From Octopus sinensis (Eukaryota): 64,000 bases of DNA. The notes under the pieces are model-generated. The model searched no databases. It worked only from the letters and a program-made list of their open reading frames with translations, and had not been told where the DNA came from. Both the position numbers and the translations under genes were made by a program. Positions 15,592-28,870 of the stretch are shown here, one piece after another. The DNA is taken from positions 144,212,001 to 144,276,000 of the forward strand of contig NC_042998.1 in the NCBI RefSeq assembly GCF_006345805.1, given 5' to 3'. Position 1 is the stretch's first letter, and every line of letters begins with the position of its first letter.

Positions 15592-16829
15592 GAAAGAAAT
15601 CAGTTGTGGTCAAATCTGCATCAGGACAGGTTCCATTATGTCTGAATCATGTTCAAGACATACAATATGTCATGATGACACCCTTATGACTCCACAAGGA
15701 GTTGAGGACCCCAAAGCAAGGCAAGTTGAAATAAAGTTTAGTGTAGAAATATAAACAATGTTGTTGGCCACAGAGGGGATTTAAGCAGCAATGAAGAATA
15801 TTAAACAGCTTCTTGCAAAGTGTTTTAATGGTGGGAGGAGGAGGAGTCACTTAATGTTCATCGTCCACACACACTTAGGCTGGATGGTTTAACAGGATCC
15901 GATGAGCTGGAGGACTGCATTGAGTTTCAATGTTAGCTTTGACATGGTTTCAACAGCTGGCTGCCCTTCCTAATATTAATCACTTTACAGTGTGAACTGC
16001 ATGCTTTTCTCATGATACCAGCACTAATAAAGATCAACTTGTATGATACAAGACTAAGGGCCTAAAGTGGCCCTTATAACTGAGAGAGAAGGGGGAGGGG
16101 AAATGATTCTAAGTGGAGTGACATCACCAAATAACTCACAAGACAAAAAAAAGAAGAAACCTGCCAAAAGCACCAACTATCTGTACAAGAGATGCATAGT
16201 CACAAATTCAACAGGATAAATATCAGATCTGTGAATAAACAAGGAAGCTATCCTGAAGAATTTTATCTGATTATTTCATTACCTGCCTGATTTTATTTCA
16301 TTACCTGCTTGCAATTTTGTTACCATGGCTATTAACCAAACAACATTCTTAAAGACACTTTTGTCTGGTAAAGAAAAGGAAGATGGTCAACCAACTTATC
16401 TCTGTGACATGACATGATAAAAAAAAAAAGAAAAGGGAAGGAAAAAAAAAAATGTGAGAATGGCTAGAGTTAGGTCATTCTCAAGTCAAACAAACTCTTG
16501 ACATTTTTAGTTTCTGAGTATCACTTGAACATAGAAATATATTATTCCTTTCTACTTACCATATAAATATATACCAAAGCAAAGAAGCGTTATAGTTGTA
16601 ACAACAACAGCAACAATAATAGTAATAACTGTATTTATTGCCACAGAAGCTTCAGATGAAGTGAGATAATAACAACAACAACAACAACAACAACAATAAC
16701 AATAATAATAATAATAATAATATAAACCATAAAGGTTTATATTAAGAAAAACATTAAGGATGGCACAGAACAGAACACTGAATGTGTGTCTATCAGTATA
16801 TGTTGTTGAGAGGGGTTTGCACATAAAAG

Positions 16830-17159
16830 TGTCATAAAATTTTAATAATGAATATTCTTCATTAAGGAGGAGGTGTTTGAGAGCTGCTCATGGAAAAATC
16901 CCATAAAACCACAGATGCCCTGACTTATAGAGCAGGTGCCTTTTCTCAGTTCCTTATCCCCAATTTACAGATGCATGCTCAGGGCGGGCCCATTCACTTG
17001 CACCATGCTCGCCACTTTCATCCACCTTTCAACAAAATGGCTGGAAGGCAACACTTCTCTCTCCATTCTTATTTTCATCTTCAAGTGAAACTTGAAGAAA
17101 TTGATGAGGGATTTGCCAAAGAGGAAAGTGTTTGTCTTCAGCCCCTTTGATCACCATAC
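16830..17159 (-). mobile_element. 3' end of a Tx1/L1-like LINE (ORF2 C-terminus plus 3' UTR)
   Basis: Minus strand reads VW*SKGLKTNTFLFGKSLINFFKFHLKMKIRMEREVLPSSHFVERWMKVASMVQVNGPALSMHL* (stop at 16965-16967), resembling Tx1-type ORF2 ends (F..RW); recalled, not searched. Confidence 0.5.
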
Positions 17160-19507
17160 AATCCCTTTTGCTATTGCTACTGGACACATAAAAACTGCCT
17201 GATAATAATACTTCTTTCTACAGCCGATATTTTAGGGTTGGGGTCTTGTCTATTACATCAACCCTTGTGTTCAACTCATACTTATTTCATCAACCTTGAA
17301 AGGATGAAAGGCAAAATTGACCTCAGCAGAATTTGAACTCAGAACTTAAAGCTGGAAGCAATGACACTAAGTACTTTGTCCCTCATCTTCATGATATAAT
17401 AATAATAATTGTCGTCATCATCATCACTACCACCAACACCACCACCATTATTATCATGAGAAATCATTAATATTAAAAGAATAAAGATATTATCATCATC
17501 GTCATCATTATCATCATCACAATTATCACTGCCACCATCATCATCTTCACCACTATCATCCTCTTCATCATCACAAGAAATTATTATTAAATGAATAAAG
17601 AAAATTATTATTATTATTATTCAACATATAAATTGGCAATTTCAGTTTAAAGGTTTCTATGTCAAGAAAAGAGGAAGCTGAGATAGCTTTACAGTAATTC
17701 ACCATTTTCTTTTCTTATGTTTAAATAGTTTGTCATGGTACAGCTCGTATCACATACACATGCACACACATACACAAACACACTCACATGAACACACAAA
17801 TACTCACATGCACACAAAACATAAACTGACACACAGTTGTGCACACTCAAAATCAAACACACACATGCAGCCCAACACACACACACACTGCTATCAAGTA
17901 ATTATAATCACTTGAAATTCTGGTAGTTTCAATGAATCTACTTGACTCCATTGAAAACAGAAATGCCCTGAACATAACAACCACACCAGCATACCAACTG
18001 CTCCAATTATTATATTTGTAATAGGCAAAATCATGGCTGTGTGTTTAAGAAGATTGTTTCCCAACCACTCCAAGGCACCTTGAGCAAGTGTCTTCTACTA
18101 TAGCTCTAGGACAATCAAAGCCTTGTGAGTGGAAACTGAAAGAATCCTGTCGTGCAGAAAAAAAGCACCTGGTACACTCTGTAATGTGGTTACTGTCAGG
18201 TAGGGCATCCAACCCTAGAAACTATGCCAAAGCAAACATTGGAGCTTGACACAAGCCTGCTGCTCACTGGATCCTGTCAAACCATCCAAACTGTGCACAG
18301 AAGATGGGCATCAAATTGATGATTTGTGTGTGTGGATGCATGAACTTCGGTGTCACGTTTGGCATGGATTCTACAGCTGGATGCCCTTCTTAATGCCAAC
18401 TACTTCACAGTGTATACAGGATGCTCTTTTTGTAACCAGCACTAGTGAGGTTGTCAGATTACATGCAAGACAAAAAAGTACAATAGAAGGATATAGAAAA
18501 AGAAAAAAAAAAAAAATATACCTTCAAATAAGTGGGAAGGAGAAATATTGAGAGTTGGGTGGTGGTTGTATGTATGCCAAGCATTGAGGGACTAAAATGT
18601 ATGAAGGAGGGCAGCCCAGGAATTTTACTATAGAGGAGATACACGGCTACTCTGCATTATATAGAGGTAGGCGGGAGTAGCTGGAAAGAAGATAAAGATG
18701 GCGGTGACTAAATAACAGAGCATTCCAAGGTACATGAAGGTGGTGTGAGGGGAGAGTAACTGATGGATAGAAATGGATGTACAGGTGAATTTAGGGAGTG
18801 ATGAACAGAGGTGGAAGTTCAGTTTGGATAAAAGTGGATCAGAAAGCAGAGGGATAATGTGCAAAGTGTAAGAGTAGTATAAAAACAAATGTTTATATAA
18901 TATATATACACATATGTGTGTGTGTGTGTGTGAGTATGTATATACATATGTATATATAGCAAATGAAAGACAGAAGATAGAATATACAAGAATTTATTAT
19001 TAATCACAACAATTGTTTCGACACATCTAGGTGGGACATTCAACAACTGGTTCAGGAGCATCCAGTGGGTTAGATATATCTCGTTGGGTGATAGATAAAT
19101 ACAACTCGTTAAAATGATTGTTTCACAAATTAACTTTCCATTTTGTAGAGAGAAAAGTAGCCAGAAGTAGGAAAGATCTTCATTTATATAGAAGATCAAA
19201 AATAAAATCACGGATGACAAGAAGAGAAACAAATGCGCAATCCAGCAAGAAAAGTATTAAAAATAACCATTAACAGGTATGGATGTATAAACACCCTTGG
19301 GCAAGCTGCATGGTGCAAGTACACTCACTCATACAAGCATCCACAAAATTGTGAGCATACACACACATGAGGTTTGGTGCGCTCATGATCACAAAGCGAG
19401 TTATTTATCAACTTGGTGTTTATAAGAATGGGGAGGTTAAAAGTAAACTTAAGTCATCCATACTTTAAAGTAAACTAAGTTACGTTAACAGTTACATATA
19501 TATACAC

Positions 19508-19557
<50 letters not shown>

Positions 19558-19757
19558 ATATATACATATATATATATACATACATATATACATATATATA
19601 CACACATATATATATATACAAGCACACACACACATATATATATATATAAATATATACATACATACATACATACATACATACATACATACATACATACATG
19701 CATACATATACATACATATATTAAAGGACAAGGAAAACAAAACCAATACAGGATGAA

Positions 19758-20027
19758 TATTTCAGGTCATTTAGAATATTTAATTAGAGTAAGGTGAATC
19801 AAAAATGGAGAGGTAGAAGTAATTAATGTTACACTGTTGTCTCTAGGATATCCCAGATGATGGGTCAACATTTCCATACACTTGGTATTCCAAGGCATTC
19901 CCAGTGTATGGAGATGTTGACCCATCACTTGGGATATCCCAGAAATAGCTATAAGGCATTAATTACTTCTGCTTCTCTATGTCTGATTCACCTTGCTTTA
20001 ATTACATATTCTAAATGACCTGAGATA
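19758..20027. mobile_element. Fold-back (fully palindromic) MITE flanked by TA
   Basis: Left arm tcaggtcatttagaatat...ccatacacttggtattcc matches the reverse complement of the right arm at roughly 80% with ~2-nt loop; TA at both ends. Confidence 0.8.
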
Positions 20028-20218
20028 CTTGCTCTGCCTTGGTTTTCTTTTCCTTTTCCTTTAAATATGCACCTGCTGACTCAGAAGCCTACTACAGATC
20101 CCTAGCTCCAGCCTCAGCTGTGAACTTGGAACCGAATGGATGACCAAATATAGCACTTACGCAGTGTACCAATTGGTTTAGATCATGAGTGAATTAAACC
20201 ACTCATATTCTTTATATA

Positions 20219-20260
<42 letters not shown>

Positions 20261-21992
20261 TATACATATATATACATATATATATATATACATATATATA
20301 TATAGTTTTCATACTGGCATAGTTTGAATGGTTCAACAGGGACCAATGAGCCAGAGGACAATGCAAAGCTCCAATATCTGCTTTGGTATAGTTTCTAAAG
20401 TTGGATACTCTTACTGACACAAGCCACTTAACAGAATGTACTGGGTGCTTTCTTGTACTGGGCACCAGCACCAGTGAGGTTGCCAAGTAATTCACAAGAC
20501 AGGACCCCTCACATGAGTGGAATATAGTACTGAAGGATATGAGAATATGAACAGAGAGACAGGAACAGGAGACCTGCTGAAGAAGTGAATACATGGCTTC
20601 TTCAGCTGGAGAGAGAGAGAGAAATGGTGAAGACACACCTTCAAAGTACAAGATAAATATAAGAGAATAGGGACAGTACTACAGACTGATATGTTTGTAA
20701 TATTCTCTGGAATTTGTTATCATCTAGTAGCTACTGATCTGCATGATATACTGCACTCAACAATGAGAAGTAGGTTAACAACATAACATAACTATAATTC
20801 TATACTAGCAACACAACAAAACATAACAATTCTATACAGATTCCAGAATAGGACAGTGAAATAACTATGACACGACACAAACCGTAACAAACTAAAATTA
20901 TGATACCTAGCATGAAACTACTTGACAATAATAACTGGGTTGTAAAATGCCAGATTTCCACACCATATTCTCTATGTACTGGTTACTTGGAAATTCCTCA
21001 TCAAACACTGGTGCAGGCATAGCTGTGTGGTTAAGAAGCTTGCTTTGAAGCTACATGGTTATGAGTTCAGTCCCACAGCACAGCACCTGATGTAAATGTC
21101 TTCTACTATAGCTCCAGACCAATCAATGCTTTGTGAGTGGATTTGGTTAATGGAAACAGAACAAAGCCCATTTCATATATATATATATATATCATAACTG
21201 TAACAGGAAACTCTGAGTAACAGTTTGTGAAGATTTTTTGGGCTTTAATAAAAAGATATTACTCTACCTTTGGTATTCGAGTATTATTTTTTCCATCTTG
21301 TTCTGCATTTATGTGCTTACTTGTGTGTGTGCGTGTGTGTATCATCATCATTTAACGTCTGCTTTCCATGCTGGCATGGGTTAGATGGTTTGATTGGAAC
21401 TGATAAGCCAGACAGCTGCACCCGGTTCCAGTTTGATTTGGCATGGTTTCTACAGCAGGCAAAGGCATGGATATTCAGTTAAGAAGCTACCTTTGTAACC
21501 ACATGGTTTTAGATCCCATCCCACTGCATGCCCTTGGGCAAATGTCTTCTATTATAGCCATGGGCTGGTCAATGCCTTGTGAGTGAATTTCTGAAACAGA
21601 AATTGTGTGAATGTGTCTGTGAGCATGTGTATGCATGTTTGTGTTTGTCCCCACTGCCACCACTTGACTTGTGTTGAGTTTTTTATGTCCCCCTAACTTA
21701 GCAGTTCAGCAAAAGAGACCAATAGAATAAGCATTAGACTTAAAAAATGAGTACTGAGGCCAATTTGTTCCACCAAATCTTCCAAGGCAATACCTCAGCA
21801 TGGCCACAATGCATAGATTGAAACAAGTAAAAGATAAACAATAAAAAATATCAGCAAAATGAAAGCAACACAAAAGCAGGGTCAAAATTTTAAAATAACG
21901 ATTATTGATTGGAAGACCCATCCTTAGAAGATCAGTCAGGTGCAGTAGCAACTAACCTGCTCCAGATAGGGTGACCAGGGTAGCATCTTTAG

Positions 21993-22080
21993 GTCAAAGT
22001 GATGCTTGGCACATCATCAGTATCCAAAAATTTCTCTAGAAATTTCACCATATTTGAAGCTGGCTACATTGGACCTGATG
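21993..22080 (+). CDS. Candidate coding exon (88 nt, phase 0 to 1): [29 protein letters not shown]
   Basis: catctttag| acceptor (weak pyrimidine tract), ATG|gtaaca donor, open frame with two N-x-S/T sequons. Confidence 0.25.
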
Positions 22081-22144
22081 GTAACAGTTTAAAGAAGAAA
22101 AAAGAGTATAAAGTAAGAAAGAGAAATATAGAGATATACAGACA

Positions 22145-22320
22145 GGCTGAATGGATGGACAGTGGGATAAATGGACAAATGGATGAATGCATGCATTGAT
22201 GGACAGATGGATGGATGGATGGATGGACGGACGGATGGACAAATGGATGAATGGATAGATGGATGGATGAACAGATGGACTAGATAAACAGAAGGGTGAA
22301 TGGATGAAACAATGGATGGA
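22145..22320. repeat. Degenerate (GATG)n tetranucleotide repeat
   Basis: Direct reading. Confidence 0.95.
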
Positions 22321-24179
22321 TATGAAGAAATACCATTATAATGAGAATTAAATTGTGAAATTAAAATATCTGATCTAAGACATGTTTTTCCTAGTTGTGA
22401 CTTGGTTTATAAATCTACTGCAAATATTCAGAATTAGGTAAAATGATTACAATCATTCATTCACTTTATAAATCAGGAAAGAAAACATTCAATGAAAAAA
22501 AAAAACTATACTCATTTGTTTTTACATCTGTTTTTCCGAACCAGTATGGGTCAGAGAAATATATTATAGAGATATTGTTTTAAAACTGGATGCCCTTCTT
22601 GTCTCTAATCCTTACCTATTTTTCGAGTAAGAAATTTCTTATTCTATATATCGTCAAAGCACATGAACACACACACACACACACACACAGCATTCATTTG
22701 TTTTTACGCCAGTTTTCCATACTAGCATGAGATATATGAATGCATTACTGAGATATTGTTTTACAGCTGTTTCTAACCCTTAGCTGTTTTTCAACTAAGG
22801 AATTCTACACGTCGAGATGTATTCCACATGTCTTCAAAGGCATAAAACCAACAGAGAACCCATTCACAGGGGAAATAACTGTAACATGACTGACCACAGC
22901 CGAACAATCAAACACCCACCCCACCCCTACACATCCATAACATGGAATTCTATCATCTTCAAGTGCTTTTAAAAAGTTTCAGTTCTTCCAAATGTTTAAT
23001 TAAATGTATTAAAACTTGAACTGAAACGATAATTACCAAGGCTATAACTCAACTTAGAAGCACACACACATTACTGCTGTGACACAGTAACTATTATAAT
23101 TAAACAATTGAACAAACTTACTTTTGTATCCAAATCTATATTTCTCAAGTAAAATGAAATTTTCAGTGGTTGGCAAATAAGTAGAGACAATGTAAACACT
23201 GATAACAGGACAATCCCTGTAGTGCAGGTGCCATGAAAAACAATGTACCCAGAACACTCTGAAGGGTGGTTGGTGATAGGAAGAGCATCTACATGTCAAA
23301 CTTAATAACCCTTTCTACTATAGGATCAAGGCCTGAAATTTGGCGGAGGGGGATAGTCGATTACATCAACCCCTGAACTTGACTGGTACTTAATCTATCA
23401 ACCCACAAAAGATGATAGGCAAAGCTGACCTTGGCAGAATTTGAACTCAGAACATAAGGACCGGCAAAACACCACTAAGCATTTCATCAGACATGCTAAC
23501 GATTCTGCCAACTCGCTGCCTTCATATCGAATTTAATAATGTTCAAGCAAGATATGATTCTCCCAAACTATCTAAGACAAAAGTCTATGTAAGAGCTAAC
23601 TTGGACCATGGTATCCAACCTTTATCAGCATGGAAAAAGAAAGAGGTGTGTGTGTAATTTTATTGCCAGTGAGTTCAAAGTTATTTGTGTGCTTAAGGAA
23701 TACACTTCACAACCACATGGTTTCTAAGATTCTATGGTAGGCTTCTGACAGTTTGCATCTACCAAATCCATTCAGAAAGCTTTGATCACACAGGGCTACA
23801 GCAAAGTGCCACACGGTAGGACTGAATCCAAAACCATATTGTTGGGAAGCAAACCTCTTACCATGCAGCCATAGACTCTATTACAAAAAGTAATAATATT
23901 GTAACTGTAGAGCAAAAGTTAAATTCTTGGAAAAACAAAGTCTGACCCAAATTGGAATCTTAGTTGATCTAAATTTACTTCAGTTGTGTGAACAACCTTG
24001 AAAAACAATGACTGTCCGAGTATGCCAAATTCCTTCTTTTTATCAAATTCCTTCATCTTCTAAAATATAAACCCTATTAGTAAAACTGAAAGGAAAGAAA
24101 TATTAAAGCTTACAGAAGAGAGCTAATTTTATAAAAATTGGTTCAGATCCCTATTGAAACAACTTTCCTTTGCATTCAG

Positions 24180-24200
24180 CACTTAATGCTCTCGAGAAAG
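24180..24200 (+). CDS. Candidate 21-nt symmetric micro-exon (xLNALEK in phase 1, or HLMLSRK in phase 0)
   Basis: Strong acceptor aactttcctttgcattcag| and donor AAG|gtatga; length divisible by 3. Confidence 0.3.
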
Positions 24201-24649
24201 GTATGAATGTTACAACTTCACATTTAATTTCTCTCATGTAAAGATGAATGTCCTTGTATTCATGAAAGGAATCAATATTTTCATTGACAAATTAAGAGTA
24301 ATCATAACAATAACTGTTATGCCTGAATAGAAATATCTATGTGTATAGAAGCATGTGTTTATTTAATTTTGGATATACATGACTGTATGTGCATGTCTGT
24401 TTATATGTATGTATATATTTGTGTGTATGTATGTGTTGCATATGTAAATGTATCTTTGTGTATGCATTTATACATATGTTTTTATGTGTATGTGTATGAG
24501 TGTATGTATACATGTATGCATGCATGTATATATCCATACCTATATGTGTAGATACATGTGTACAAGCAGGTGGTATAGACTAAATATTAAATGTCTGTTC
24601 TATACCAAATATAGATTGTATAACATCAGAAAATGAAGTGGAGGTGGAA

Positions 24650-24785
24650 TAAATAATAATAATAATAATAATAGACATGCACTGTTCTCTCATAATAATA
24701 ATAATAATAATAATAACAACAATAATAATAATAACAATAATAATAATAACAATAATAATAATAACAATAATAATAATAATAATTG
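24650..24785. repeat. (AAT/AAC)n trinucleotide repeats
   Basis: Direct reading. Confidence 0.95.
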
Positions 24786-25170
24786 TAAAAAGTATTAGGA
24801 TATTGTCCTCCCCATTTGTTCAGTCACTCAGTTAAATCATGTTTATTTACATCACTTAAATAAAAATAAATATTTACTAATCATAATTAGTCTTGTCTGA
24901 TAAGAAAAAGTTTACCAACAATAGGTGTCTAGACTTATTGATCTTCAGGGGTCAAACAGTGAGATTTGTGATGTTCATGCATTTCTTTATTCTTCTCAGG
25001 GGCATTAACACAGGAACTGGAATCACTATGAAATCACTGTGGTTGGGCAGGCATAGTTTCCTTCCCTCCTACATAGTTTCAGGTTCAGTACCACAGTGTG
25101 GCATCTTGGATAAGGTTATATATATATATATAATATATATTATATATATATATATATATATAATATATAT

Positions 25171-25586
25171 ATACTCTTTTACTCTTTTACTTGTTTCAGT
25201 CATTTGACTGCGGCCATGCTGGAGCACCGCCTTTAATCGAGCAACTCGACCCCGAGACTTATTCTTTTTTTTTTTTTTTAAGCCCAGTACTTATTCTATC
25301 GGTCTCTTTTGCCGAACCGCTAAGTAACGGGGACGTAAACACACCAGCATCGGTTGTCAAGCAATGCTAGGCGGACAAACACAGACACACAAACAAACAC
25401 ACATACATATATATATATACATATATACGACAGGCTTCTTTCAGTTTCCGTCTACCAAATCCACTCACAAGGCATTGGTCGGCCCGGGGCTATAGCAGAA
25501 GACACTTGCCCAAGATGCCACGCAGTGGGACTGAACCCGGAACCATGTGGTTGGTTAGCAAGCTACTTACCACACAGCCACTCCTG
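25171..25586 (-). mobile_element. Near-complete young SINE family A copy (tRNA-derived head, internal microsatellite, aaagagt tail)
   Basis: CpG-rich; head gctgtgtggtaagtagcttgct...ggttccgggttcagtcccactgcgtggc with B-box-like motif; many degenerate copies in the window. Confidence 0.9.
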
Positions 25587-25965
25587 TATATAAAAGTATG
25601 GTTGTGTGTCTGTCTCCTATGATTTAGATTCCTAACTACTCCCACATTTTGTGGTGCAGTTTAACCAAAACTGGGTATCTTATAGTCATGATTCATATCG
25701 AGCCCTTCTGGGTATTAGCGCGAGTCTACGATTTTAAAAATAATTTACCATCATTTTTTTCCATTTTAATGCTTTTTTTCGCTATTATATAAGGGAAGTA
25801 ACTCTCTAAAAATGTCTACGATGAGTCAACGATTTTAAAAAAAATTTACCATCATTTTCTTTCCATTTTTAACGCATTTTTTGCTATTTTTTGGCTATAA
25901 CTCTCTAAAAATGCTTTATAGTTATTTCCCTTACAAACCCGAGCAACGCTGGGTGATACTGCTAG
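25587..25965 (+). mobile_element. Non-autonomous Helitron with internal ~90-bp duplication
   Basis: 3' GC hairpin cccgagcaacgctggg followed 8 nt later by CTAG|T (25962-25965); 5' boundary approximate. Confidence 0.75.
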
Positions 25966-27950
25966 TATATATATAAAATAATAATAATAATTATTACCTT
26001 TGAAGGTTTTTATTTCCATGCTGGCCACTTGATAAGATCATTATTTAATTTAAATTAATGATCTTATCCTTATTTATATAAATTTAAATATATATATATA
26101 CACACACACACACACGCACACACACACACACACACACACACGTATGTATATATATATATATAGGTATATGGGGTGGAAAACTGATGACAGCTTGGAACAT
26201 GAAGTTTAAAAGATGATGATATATATGTGCATATGTTATGTGTATATGTATATATCCCATAATTCCTGAAATATCCTAAATACTAGGTTTTACACTTGAC
26301 AATTCATCTTCTTTCAGGAAGAATGAACAATAGTGGTCGCTCCACTGAAGACAATATAATGGGGACCTCAATGCAAAATTTATTGCTGTCATCAAATAAA
26401 TCACTTTAGCTAAGATAGCATCCATTAATGAAGTTTTCCGAATCTGGGTTGGCCAACAACGAACAAAGAATATCTCAAGAGCAAAAGTCAGAAGAATAGA
26501 AGAAAGCCTGAAGAAGTTGCAGCTGAAAGAAGGTATGCTTGCTGCTCAATGAGAAAAGGAATGCAGTGAAAGAATTTCAAGGACAACTGATATCAACTAT
26601 TCACGTCTGCAGCTAAGAAGTATAACAAAAACTGTTAATTGTTCCACTGTTTATGACCCTCATTCTTTGGCCTAATTACAATTATTATTATATGGTTGCT
26701 ATGGAGTTTGATCTCCATAGCAATGTGTGTGTTTACATTTCATCTGGCCTTGACACATGAGAAACAATCCACAAAAAAGTATTTATCAAGGTTATATAAC
26801 AAGACTCACAACATGACACATCAACACTCACAACAAAAATGCCTACATGCTTCGTGGAGATGGCAATTGTTCCATCTTAGGATAATTGTTTCTGATTTTA
26901 GTACAGACCCAGCAATTTTAGGAGTAAGTCAATTACACCAACCCCAGTGCTTAACTGTTATTTATTTCATCAACCCTAAAAGGATGAAAGGCAAAGTGAC
27001 CTCAGCAGTATTTGAACTCAGAACATATGGGGCTGGAACAAATCGCAGTTAAGCATTTTGTCCAGTGTGGTAACAATTCTGCCAGTTTGCCACTTTAAAA
27101 TAAAATAATGCCAGGAACAATACTTCCATTGCAACAATGTTAACATACTTGACACTTCTTTGAAAAGTTCAAGAGAGGTCAGTCTGTAACCTTGCTAACT
27201 ACAAAGATTAATTCTTGAAATTCTTCAATATAATCAGTTGATCTCTACTAAACCTTGTTAATGATGTCTTAAAAACATTCAACAAACAAAGTTGAGAGTG
27301 ACATGCTTTTATTTTTTTATTTGTTTCAATCATTGGATTACAGTCATGCTGGAGCACTGCCTTGAAAGAATCAGTCAAGAATTCAGTAAAATACCTTTAT
27401 CTTTATTGAGATGGTGTTTGAAATATAAATTAACATAAAATTTTGATAGAACGTAATAATTCAGATCACTTTGAAACAGCAGGTTTGCATCATAGAATGA
27501 GGAGTAGTCTCAGACACATTGGAATCAAAAGAGTTCACCTCATCCCCAATTCAAATACCACTGATGTCAACTTCACTTTTCATTCTTCCTATGGGGGGAT
27601 GGGTGATCATTAAAATAAATACTAATCAAGCACTAGGGCCAATGCAACAGACTGTGTCCCCACATCCAAATTTCTGACCTTGTATTTGTGATCGAAATCA
27701 ATTTAGATCCCTATACTAAAGGTTCCAAATTCACATTCTGATTCTTACTGAAGTTGAACTTTGTCTTTCACATCTCTGGAATTGATTAAAGAAATATTTA
27801 GTATTCTTCTGTTCTGAAATCGGTACAATAGGTTATACTCATACCATACAGAAACTGACTTTGAGCCAGAGCAAAAGAAATTATTATTATTATTATTATT
27901 AGCAGCAGCAGCAGTAATAGTAGTATCATCATCATCATCATCATCATCAT

Positions 27951-28462
27951 GCACATGCAATCAAAGTGACACTGGGATAAAATATACCAAGCCCAGTATA
28001 TCATCATGATTACCCGTCTGGCAAGGGTACACCAGGCACATGCCTCACAACCATATGTGCATGGCACGGTGATTTTATATCATGATATAAAAAGCACATG
28101 ACCTTGCAAGTGGAGCCCAGTTAGAACTTTCTTCAGGTTGAGTAGCCTACCCCACTCAAAAGGTCCTTGTTTAAGGATGTTGAATGAAACACACATGTTT
28201 CCAGAGGTGAATTACTCAAACTCCAAAGAATTCCTCTCAACACATGGCTATGATGCTCCCCCACTACTTCTGCTCGTGATCAGACAAGCACATATTGTCA
28301 ACCACCAAGGGACATGCTCAACTGGTTAAGGTCAAACAACTGATAAGCAAATCTGTGGTATTGAGCAGAATATTTTCTGTAGGCCAACTTTTATGATAAC
28401 ACTTCCAATCAGTTAAGATCAGAAGTTATGAGAGCCAGTGCTTGGTACTGCATCAGGGACAT

Positions 28463-28503
<41 letters not shown>
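27951..28503 (+). mobile_element. ~550-bp non-coding retroposon-like element, deleted copy, (CTA)n tail
   Basis: Collinear with 49218-49800 (atcaaagtgacactgg...tactgcatcaggg). Confidence 0.8.
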
Positions 28504-28504
<1 letters not shown>

Positions 28505-28559
28505 AGTTAGCAAGAGCAGAAGTCAAAATTAAGAGGTTTGCACATGTTTTTGCAATGTG

Positions 28560-28870
28560 AGGATCAGAGGCATGAGGTGTTCTGTATTTCAAGGCAGTAC
28601 ACTAGAATGAATCAAGGTGTTACTGGAGAAAAGTGTGCACAAAATGATGCATTTGCCCTCAATGATGCCAAAAAGAAAGAAAAGCAATTATAAGAGGTTG
28701 TTTAATGAAGAGAATGCATGGAGGAGAGGAAGGGCCTATTGCAAGCTAACCCAACAGAGGGACCAGCCATTAAAGTTGAGAGCAGGGTGACCGAAAGCAG
28801 AATTAAGACAAAGAAGGCAGTCAGACCAGAAGAGATAGGTTCCAAGGTGATGAAAATATCTGTGGAAATA
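28560..28870 (+). mobile_element. Old RTE LINE ORF2 fragment
   Basis: Degenerate match to DVVGEKCVR...RLLNEENEW...PTEGPAI region of the copies at 40400-40620 and 61700-61950. Confidence 0.7.

Noticed and set aside
19151-19277. Plus-strand acceptor/donor pair with a basic ORF
   Set aside because: Stop just before the donor, and it lies inside a repeat remnant.
21958-22075. Minus-strand exon-like segment with good acceptor and CAG|gttagt donor
   Set aside because: Stops in all three frames; the pyrimidine tract is the complement of a purine-rich low-complexity run.
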